Of a stretch of 56,308 bases of DNA, positions 27,950-35,513 are shown one piece after another (within the stretch, counting starts at the first letter, position 1; each line of letters starts with the position of its first letter). The position numbers were made by a program, and so were the translations under genes. The notes beneath the pieces are model-generated. The model did no database searches and was not told where the DNA came from. It was given only the letters and a program-made list of their open reading frames with translations. Source of the stretch: Saprolegnia diclina VS20 (taxonomy: Eukaryota); the NCBI RefSeq assembly GCF_000281045.1, contig NW_008246075.1, positions 102,210 to 158,517 on the forward strand, given 5' to 3'.

Positions 27950-29950
27950 CTAGCCACCACCACAGCCGCCTCCGCCACAGCCGCCACCGCCACAGCCACC
28001 AAGTCCACTGACGGCGCCATTGGCAGCAGCGCTTGTGTCACCCGTGGCGCCGCAGCCGCCCGAGGCACCAAAGTAGCCGGAACCGGCGCAGCCGCCATTG
28101 TAGACGTACGGGAGGTAGTAGAACGGCAGCCCGCCGTCAAACATGAGCAGCGTCTGGCGTGAGTACGGCATGCGCACGCGGCCGTCCATGACCGGCGTGC
28201 CGATGACGGTGACGTAGATCGGGATGGGCTCGGTGACGCCACTCTCGGGCCGGACCGCGTTGGCTTCAGCGACGACGGTCGCGTATGGGAATGCGCGCAC
28301 AGCGTACGCTTCGTTGACACCGAAGAAGCGGCTGTCTTTGGCCGGCACGCTGCCGTGCTTGGCCCACTTTTTGCGCAACACGAGTCGTGAGATCGGGTCT
28401 TGAACCTTGGAAGTCCACGCTTCGTAGCTCGGTGGGAAGCTCGAGTACGCTTCGCCGAACGTCTGCGACCAGAGCACAAACGTGTCAGCATACCCCGTCG
28501 CGAGGTCGCCGCCGGGAATCGTGTCGTCGTGGTCAATCACGCACTTGGCCTTGTTGACGCTGCGCGAGTAGTCGCGGTACGGCCGACCGGTGGTCTGGTG
28601 CGCGTGCCAGACGAGGTCAATGTCCGACGTCGGTACCAGCACCGGGTAATGACCGAGGGAGTCGGCCTCACGCTTCCCCATGAGGTACATAAACTGCTCG
28701 TAGCGGACGATCGAGGCTTCAATGACGTCTGGGTGCATCCAGTACTCGGTGTGGGGCACCATTTTGTTGACGAAATCGAGCTGCCGGAACATGCCTTGCA
28801 CCAAGTCGATCGTATAGGCGCCGATCGGTGCCTGGAGGAGAGTCTTGCTCGCTCGACGGAGCGCCGTAAGAACTTGCGACTGCGCCGCCGTATTCTTGCA
28901 GCTTGTCAATGTGGTAAGGAATGCTGTATAAAACGACTCGTAGCGGCCATTCTCTGGCATCTCGGGCGGATCAAAGAGCACAGCCGTCGCACCGGCGTTG
29001 ATAATGGTGGGAAACTGCGCCAGGATGCTCGGGTAGAGATCCAGGAATGCCGCAATCTTGTACGTCTCGTAAAAGAGCGGCCGCGAACACGTTGGGCACG
29101 TGACTGTGGGCAGCTGCAAAATGTGCATCTCGAACGACACGTGCACCGGCAATGGCGCCTGGCAGCTGCGGTGCGCACACACCGTGACAAGGTCGCTCAG
29201 CGGTCGAACTGGCTCGTTGGGCTTGGCGCCTTCGGCGTAGCTGATCGGGTGCAGCTGGTGCACGGTTTTCGCAAAGGTGGGCGCACCATCAGCGACGTAC
29301 TGCCGTTCGTGGTCGAGAAAGTAGCTGTACACATCGTCGATGGTCGTGAAGCTGCCCGTGACATTGTAGACGTCAATCATGTCTCGAAAGTGGCGCTGGA
29401 CGAGCGCCACGCTCACATTGCACTTGGGCAAACGCGAGGCGTACGTGGTCTTGGTCTCGTTAATGCGGTGGGCGACCGAGATAAAGTTGGTCCATGCGTC
29501 CGACGTCGACGGCCAGCTGATGCCATTGGCCGCCGCGTCAAGGCGCCCGAGGAGCGCGTCGCGGGCCGACGCCGACGGCGCGTTCAAGACCGCTTTGGTC
29601 TTGCCGTGTTCGAGGAGCTCTAGCGGAAACTGTCGCTTGGCGTCGAGCGCTGACAGCACGCGCGTCGTGCAGTGGGTCGTGCTGCAAGCAAAGTGGAGCT
29701 TGTCGTTCTCGAGGACTTCGAGCGTCTGCGTCGTGAGCACAACGTTGCAATGTGTCCACGACGAGACGAGGAACTTGGTGTGCTTGAGCTCCATGTCGAC
29801 AATGTAGGAGAGGTCGGTCTCCTCTTCAGTAGTACTCGACGACGGGACGAGGACGGCTAGGGGCACGGGCACGGCGACCGCAGCGCTCTCATTGTCCGCG
29901 TTGTGTGCCGGCATGAAAATATGAAATGCAGAAGTTGGCACCGAGTTCAT
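27950..29950 (-). CDS. Glycine-rich domain-containing (GRDP/DUF1399) protein with PH-like N-terminus and Gly/Cys-rich tail; single exon
   Basis: IDLVQGMFRQLDFVNKM, RYEQFMYL, LVPTSDIDLVWHAHQ, IDHDD, T..LW...FGEAY (DUF1399 pattern). C-terminus GGCGGGGCGGGGCGGG. Confidence 0.8.
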   Translation of the reverse strand: MNSVPTSAFHIFMPAHNADNESAAVAVPVPLAVLVPSSSTTEEETDLSYIVDMELKHTKFLVSSWTHCNVVLTTQTLEVLENDKLHFACSTTHCTTRVLSALDAKRQFPLELLEHGKTKAVLNAPSASARDALLGRLDAAANGISWPSTSDAWTNFISVAHRINETKTTYASRLPKCNVSVALVQRHFRDMIDVYNVTGSFTTIDDVYSYFLDHERQYVADGAPTFAKTVHQLHPISYAEGAKPNEPVRPLSDLVTVCAHRSCQAPLPVHVSFEMHILQLPTVTCPTCSRPLFYETYKIAAFLDLYPSILAQFPTIINAGATAVLFDPPEMPENGRYESFYTAFLTTLTSCKNTAAQSQVLTALRRASKTLLQAPIGAYTIDLVQGMFRQLDFVNKMVPHTEYWMHPDVIEASIVRYEQFMYLMGKREADSLGHYPVLVPTSDIDLVWHAHQTTGRPYRDYSRSVNKAKCVIDHDDTIPGGDLATGYADTFVLWSQTFGEAYSSFPPSYEAWTSKVQDPISRLVLRKKWAKHGSVPAKDSRFFGVNEAYAVRAFPYATVVAEANAVRPESGVTEPIPIYVTVIGTPVMDGRVRMPYSRQTLLMFDGGLPFYYLPYVYNGGCAGSGYFGASGGCGATGDTSAAANGAVSGLGGCGGGGCGGGGCGGG

Positions 29951-30400
29951 CACCCATGTCCACTGCTGTCCGCATCAGAATATCGAGTCCAACAGCGCCA
30001 GTTGCCGCGATGGCGCACGGCGTTTCATTTGCGGGATAGACAGGTGATTAGGTATGGGTGACTATTCCACAAAGTACGACCCGTGGTGGCTCATGCACCG
30101 TCTGACACTGCACTTGTGTCCACAGCGTAGTTGTTGTTAAGTGAGTGATTACGATAGAACGTACGCTGAACTGTGTTTGGAGGTCGACTTTCGACTTCAA
30201 GACTGACGGCAGCGGCGAGGCTTGGCCGTCGCGAGGGCGAGGCGCATGGATGGCGCAAGCCAGCACGAGGTGGTCCCAAGGCAATATGGCACAGGACGTT
30301 CACCACACACCCTGGCATCATCGACCGTCGCGCTCGGGCATTGTCCTGTCGGATCATGCAAAACTGACGACATAGAAGAGGTCGAAATTACGGTAGATTA

Positions 30401-31546
30401 TCATTTGCCAAACCGGCGTTTCCGCAAGTTGAACGTGCGCATCATGTGGAGAAAATCGTCGTACGTGAGCTCGGGCCACATTTTGTCGAGAAAAATGAGC
30501 TCCGAGTAGGCGATTTGATAGAGCAAAAAGTTGCTCAACCGGCACTCGCCCGACGTGCGGATGAGCAAGTCCGGATCCGGCACGTTCCTAGCGTCCGATG
30601 AGTTGTTAGTCACGTACAAGCTGAAGGCGTCGTACTTGGTGAGCAAGTGCTCGCTCACGATGGCTTCGTCGATCGCGTCGACCGCTAGCGTCCCGGCCGC
30701 GACCTTGGCCGCAATGGCTTGAACGGTGTGGACCATCTCGTTGCGACTGCCATAGCTACGCAGTCGTTCCTTAGCACAGAAAGACGACGTCGATACATGT
30801 GTACCTGGCACAAATGTTGAGGGTAAAGGCCGTGCAGTGGGCGGTCGCCGTCTCAATCTTCTCAATCGCCGAGGCAATGTGGCTCGGGAACTTGGCGCCG
30901 TCCGAGACGAGGACGCACACGCGGATGTTGCGCTCGAGCGCTTGCGGGATGATGTCGTGCATGAAGCTCGTAAAGATGTTCATGAGCGCGTCAACCTCGG
31001 CCTGCGCGCGCCCCCAATTCTCGGTCGAGAACGCATAGACGGTCAGGATCTGGACGCCGGCGCCGACGCACCAGTTCATAAAGTCAACGACGCGCTGGCT
31101 GCCGTCTTGGTGCCCCTTTAGCGGCAGGCCATAGCGCGTCCGGCCGTAGCGCCGGTTGCCATCCATGATGGCCGCAATGTGCCTGGGAACGACCCAGGTC
31201 GGGTCCCATTCAGGCCGTGAGGACGCTGCTACTGGCTTCTCGCCCAGCTAGTCATTGCACAGAAGGTAGCAGGAGGCCATGAAGAGATGAGACAGCGGCG
31301 AACCTTGGCCGGCAGCGAAAGGCGCACGGGCAGGCACGAGAGACAGAGCGGGACGCCGAGCACGAGCAGCGGCAGCACGCAGAGCCAGTAGAGCTCGAAC
31401 GCGTTGTAGATGCTGTTGTACGCCACGAGCTTGTGCGTCTGCGCGTAGACCGCGGGGAGCGTATGGCTGTACGGGTAGTAGAGCGCGCTGAGGTCCATGC
31501 TCGCCACGAAATGTCCGAAACACGCGGCGACGTCGCCGGCTGACAT
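30401..31546 (-). CDS. cis-prenyltransferase (UPPS/dehydrodolichyl diphosphate synthase family) with N-terminal TM segment
   Basis: HIAAIMDGNRRY, TVYAFSTENWGR, SYGSRNE, PDPDLLIRTSGECRLSNFLLYQIAYSEL, C-terminal RRFGK. Confidence 0.9.
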
Positions 31547-31706
31547 CCTAATTAGGATTCAATGACCGAATCTAATCGCACCCAACGCGGATCTCTCGCT
31601 TGTTTAGGCTGTGGCACATGCCGAGTTGCGAGCGCACAAACGCTGTGTGTTGACGCACTGTGTTGACACGACCGTGACACCGGACCAGGTATTTGCGGCG
31701 CCTTGG

Positions 31707-33064
31707 TTAATGCAACCGCGACGACAACGGGGCGATGTAACCACGGCCCGTCCGACTTGTGATGACGAATGACGTGCCCCAACGACATCTCATCGTCGAG
31801 CGACCGCTTGTTGACGACTCAACATGGCCAAGGTGATCTTGGACCGTGCCTCGTGCTACATCGTGACGGCGAGAATGGGCGTCATTGGGGTGAGCTGAGG
31901 CGTAGCGAGCATGGTCGCGTCGATTGTCACCGTCGTGACCTCGTCGGTTGTCCTCGGGATGACGTCGGTGCTGGTCGCGCAAAAAATCCAGTGCTGGATC
32001 GTATGTCACGTGCCCATGGCGCGCCGTGCGGTACTGCAACGCAAGAGGTGCGTGGCTAGTGTTACCACGTCGTGGGTCACCGTATGTGTCCATCGGTCGA
32101 GCAGCTTCGCGCTGCCACTCGCGGTCGTCATGAGACGAAATAATCTCCCGCCAGCCATCACCCTTTGGCCGTGGCTTCTCGCGACGTTGCGTGGTCTCAG
32201 CGTGTCGGTGGTCGTCATCAACGTGCCATCGGTCGCTCTGTGTGCCGTCGTGTCGTCCATGGGTACTCCACTCGTTTTCTCGGACAATAGCGAGCGACGG
32301 GTCAGTCGCGTACCCCGCGTGCACTTGCGCTATGCTGGAGCAGCTTTTCAAGTACGCCTCAATCGCGTGGCGAAGAAGTGTGATGCGATAGAACGAGGCT
32401 TCGTAGTACCTACAAGTGGTGCGGAGCGTGAGCATGGTCTTCGCTCTCATAGGACGTACAGGTCGCGGAGCGTGTCCATGCTCTCGGGTAGAGTCTTGTC
32501 TCGCAGGAAGGCGTAGATAAATTTGAAGACGAGCCAGTCGCGATCAAAAAAGTAGTGACCGCGACCATCGGCGCACAGTTTGGGCTGGGTCGTACACAGC
32601 TGTGCGAGGATCGAGAATCGATCGCGTGCCCAGACGCTAACCGTGGACTTGAAGAGCTACATAGCCCTGAATATCCCACGCAAAGTTACAGCACAAGCAC
32701 GTGTACTTTGCCCCCGACGTTGAAGTGCACAATTGTGTCGGGTGCCAAAAAATCAAGCTTTGAGGCCACTTGCTTCTCGAACCTAGCATCTTGTCGTAGT
32801 AGCAACGTCGCAATAATCAATACGTACGCAGTGCGGTCCTTCTCGTAGAGTTGCTGCTGTTTCTCGATCGAGACCCACTCATCGCTGAGCTTTTTCTTCT
32901 CTTGAGCGAGCTAGACCGACACACGTGATTCTTCGCCTTCGCTAGTAGGTCGCACCGCCGCCTCCTCCTTCTCGAGAGTCTCCCACTCGCGCCGATACTT
33001 GTCCCTTCAGATCCATGAGCGCAACATTGCGATGGTGACAGGGCACGTACTTGATCCCGTCCAT
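31707..33064 (-). CDS. BTB/POZ (KCTD/T1-type) domain protein with N-terminal coiled coil, multi-exon
   Basis: Spliced reading: MDGIKDKYRREWETLEKEEAA...IVHFNVGGK|LFKSTV...YFFDRDWLVFKFIYAFLRD...LYYEASFYRI. The 3' end is uncertain. Confidence 0.8.
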
Positions 33065-33710
33065 GATGGCGAGATCCCCTCGCCGTTCAGAATGAAACGG
33101 ACGCGAAGGCCAGATGCGCTAGATCGTGGCGCCGCAACTACCGCACACTTCGCTTCCAGTAACTTTGGCGCTATCAAATGATGAAAGCTGTGATCCTATT
33201 CACCGGACTTCGGGCTGAGTCAAGAGATGATTGCCGTAAACCCGAACAACACATGCCTTTGTTTATTTCTTGAAGTATTATATAATTCTTTCACCACCAT
33301 AGTGCGACGCATAGGGCAATCGAGTAATCGAAGGGACCAAGCGGTGTACGCAGCGACGTGCAGTAAGCTTAGGTGCGGGGTTTGACTACTGGAAAGGGGT
33401 CACTCAGAGACTCAACTGGGCATCTCCACTGTCAACTGCCTTCTCCATGGATGAAACGGAAGATGAAACTCTATTCATGCCTCTCGCACCCTGCATTTCG
33501 GTTTGTGCAATGGGGACGCAATTTCTGGGCTTTAGCAGCTGGCGTGGGTGTTTGCGTTTGGGGTAGCAGCGAAAAACTCGTCGTTTTGGACACATCAAAC
33601 AGGTACTGTATGCGAAGGTATTGTGACCTTGTAAATAAATTCCCGTGCCAAATAATAATACGTTTTATATTTTGCTTTATCGCACTTTTTCTTGAATGAA
33701 AGATGAAATT

Positions 33711-33804
33711 ATGAGCTTCATAAACACAGGTGTATATCTCGACATGACTCGCAAAGGGTAATATGCATTCAGAGTGGTGCATAGATTTGTAATCATTCGC
33801 TCAT
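33711..33804 (-). ncRNA. Box C/D snoRNA, U32/snR40-like (18S Gm1271 yeast numbering), copy 1
   Basis: On the minus strand: terminal stem ATGAGC/GCTCAT, box C variant ATGATTA (33790-33796), guide TATGCACCACT + D' CTGA (33769-33772), C' ATGTCGA, D variant ATGA (33718-33721). The guide is complementary to 18S GGUGGUGCAUG and the D+5 position falls on G1271. Confidence 0.8.
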
Positions 33805-33889
33805 AAAGTGATCTACATGCATAATCTAGATTAGAGACTGAACAATAGAGAATAGAAACAAATTGAGACTGGGTAAGCGCTTTGAAGGT

Positions 33890-33968
33890 GTTGTCATACT
33901 CCAACAGCATCCCGAGAGACACAGAAGGGATCAAAGACACAGGGCAAAGTAATAGTCATCACTCCCGA
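33890..33968 (-). ncRNA. Candidate box C/D snoRNA
   Basis: Canonical box C GTGATGA (33956-33962), CCCTGTGTCT + D' TTGA, and ATGCTGTTGGAGT + D-like ATGA (33894-33897). The last guide pairs (with G-U) to conserved 18S GCUCCAAUAGCGU. The terminal stem is weak. Confidence 0.5.
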
Positions 33969-33995
33969 TGTCAATTGTGTAGATTGGAAAAAAAT

Positions 33996-34077
33996 AAGGC
34001 TCAGATGGTGATGCATGTTATAGTTCCACATGATTGTCATTCAGAACAGGTCTGTAAATAACAATCCTCATAGCCTT
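33996..34077 (-). ncRNA. Dual-guide box C/D snoRNA: U25/snR56-like (18S Gm1428) plus U33/snR55-like (18S Um1269)
   Basis: Terminal stem AAGGC/GCCTT; box C ATGAGGA (34065-34071); TTACAGACCTGTT + D' CTGA (34041-34044), antisense to 18S AACAGGUCUGUGA; C' ATGTGGA; CATGCATCACCAT + D CTGA (34001-34004), antisense to 18S GUGGUGGUGCAUG. The D+5 rule gives G1428 and U1269. Confidence 0.88.
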
Positions 34078-34105
34078 GAAACACTAGATATGTAATGTGT
34101 AAATA

Positions 34106-34199
34106 ATGAGCTTCATAAACACAGGTGTATATCTCAACATGACTCGCAAAGGGTAATATGCATTCAGAGTGGTGCATAGATTTGTAATCATTCGCTCAT
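34106..34199 (-). ncRNA. Box C/D snoRNA, U32/snR40-like, copy 2
   Basis: 94-nt direct repeat of 33711-33804 with one substitution (33741 G vs 34136 A, inside box C'). Similarity stops at the terminal stem. Confidence 0.8.
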
Positions 34200-34227
34200 T
34201 TTCAGACAAACTAGAACTAATCACTAA

Positions 34228-34332
34228 AGATGTCAGCAAGACATTGTTGATAAGACCGTATAAAATAACGACCGCATCCGTAGGAATCGCTGAATGCTAT
34301 TGCTTCCGTGAAAAGTACTGGTCCAGTCACAA
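34228..34332 (-). ncRNA. Weak candidate H/ACA-like RNA
   Basis: On the minus strand: short hairpin (TTGTGA..TCACGG), H-box-like ATAGCA (34295-34300), second hairpin CAGCGA...TTGCTG with an internal loop, then ACA + 3 nt (34228-34233). No target established. Confidence 0.3.
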
Positions 34333-34334
34333 TA

Positions 34335-34466
34335 AGATCCAACTTTTCAGCGGGATCAAAAATACTGCCGGTGTGGAGTGATGGGAAGCAGATATTCAGC
34401 AAGAAAATGTAGTGCAATTGAAGGGTCAGACCATTGAAAAAAATATCATCGCGATAACGCGGATCT
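34335..34466 (-). ncRNA. Candidate box C/D snoRNA, U62/snR41-like (18S Am541 yeast numbering)
   Basis: Flanking stem AGATCC/GGATCT; box C variant GCGATGA (34446-34452); D' CTGA followed by CCCTTCAATTG (antisense to 18S CAAUUGGAGGG); short D guide TTGATCCCG + CTGA (34347-34350), with +5 on the A of GAGG[A]UCAAUUGG. Confidence 0.55.
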
Positions 34467-34533
34467 AGAACACGGACCAATGGAAATAGAAATCATTCCC
34501 TTCATTGCTACATGTGCAAACTACAATGTGTGT

Positions 34534-34621
34534 GTTGCTCACATTATGGGTGATAGTGTATATCTTGCCTTCACGGCTAGTTGGTACAAGCCTCAGAGAA
34601 GTTGTTTTGCATCATTGCAAC
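34534..34621 (-). ncRNA. Box C/D snoRNA guiding 18S Um at yeast-equivalent U1262
   Basis: Terminal stem GTTGC/GCAAC; box C ATGATGC (34609-34615); D' CTGA (34593-34596); C'-like GTGAAGG; guide CACTATCACCCATA (14 bp including 2 G-U with 18S UAUGGGUGGUGGUG) + D variant GTGA (34539-34542). Confidence 0.7.
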
Positions 34622-34984
34622 TCGGTCTAATATAGCGTATATGAACTCGGACAGCTCAGAAGGACACTAGACGGTCCAGATGGCGACACCTCCATTGGTA
34701 TGATAGAGTTGTGTTCCATCCAGGCCTTTCAGGAACTGCCCGAGGTACTACAGCTGTTTCGAGACGTTGCTCGAGGCACTTGCCTCGGAAGCTGCTAATT
34801 CTAAAATGCCATCTCCTAGCCTTGGCCGCGCTGGCTCGATGATTGGTGGCGCTGGCCACGATATTTTTATTCTGGTGACTTAAATTTTAATTTCCCCTGC
34901 AGTTGACTTACAAAATACAAGCTCTTTGGATATCGAGCCGTAAAATTTAACAGAACATATTTAATATGTGGGCAAGTCGCCCTT

Positions 34985-35085
34985 AGCTGTGATTGGGCAG
35001 CGCACGGGTGGCGTGTTTGCATTGGCCAAAATGTTTTTGCAACGTTGGAAATATGCCCTCCAATCACGCTCCAATCCTCCAATCA
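34985..35085. promoter_or_regulatory. CCAAT-box-rich divergent promoter region between the snoRNA cluster and the SDR gene
   Basis: GATTGG and ATTGG near 34991-35025, and CTCCAATC three times at 35058-35084. Function inferred only. Confidence 0.35.
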
Positions 35086-35513
35086 TGGACTCCATGGGAT
35101 CAAGTGACGTTGCTTGGATCCATATGAGCATAAATTGTATCAATTTTTTTCTATGGAGAAGCTCAAGTGACCTCCACAGCCTCAAAAGATCGGGGCAGAG
35201 CTGGAGTTTTGAAGTTTTATGGGCCCCACAGCCCTCCATGACTGCAAACAAACTTAATCGTCCCCTTCAGTAAAACGATGCTATAAGGAGCAGCAAGGTT
35301 TATGGATCGGTGCAATCTCGCATGTTTGAGGAGTCGTGTGTTAAAAAACAGTGTATAATCCAACAGGGGAATCGTACAAGAATTGAGCTGTCCACGATGC
35401 AGTGTACGGGTATGCTTGTGTATACAGTACAGTGGATTTGTTGAAGTTCACACATGTCCGGATAACACGCCAATACGAGGCGAAAGAGCAAGGCGAAAGG
35501 CTAACGAAGGACG

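Noticed and set aside
2500..31200. Numerous long antisense or alternative-frame ORFs (e.g. 10378-11655, 19501-20307, 22196-23380, 28400-29623)
   Set aside because: Shadow ORFs expected from GC-rich codon usage opposite or overlapping well-supported genes.
33372..33490. Further snoRNA candidate (GTTGAGTCT-CTGA antisense to 18S GACUCAAC, GGTGCG/CGCACC flanks)
   Set aside because: Only 8 bp of complementarity, no convincing box C, and the predicted base is normally a pseudouridine-derived site.
33762..33783. Plus-strand hairpin TATGCATT-CAGAGT-GGTGCATA resembling an iron-responsive element
   Set aside because: It lacks the bulged C five pairs below the loop, and the sequence is simply the reverse complement of the snoRNA guide and D' box.
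33711..34199. 94-bp direct repeats read as LTRs, CRISPR repeats or attC-like sites
   Set aside because: Only two copies, no TG..CA ends or TSD, and no cas, integrase or RT genes. C/D boxes and an rRNA-antisense guide explain them better.
33373..35273. Short ORFs in the AT-rich island
   Set aside because: No motifs, atypical composition, and several overlap the ncRNA units.
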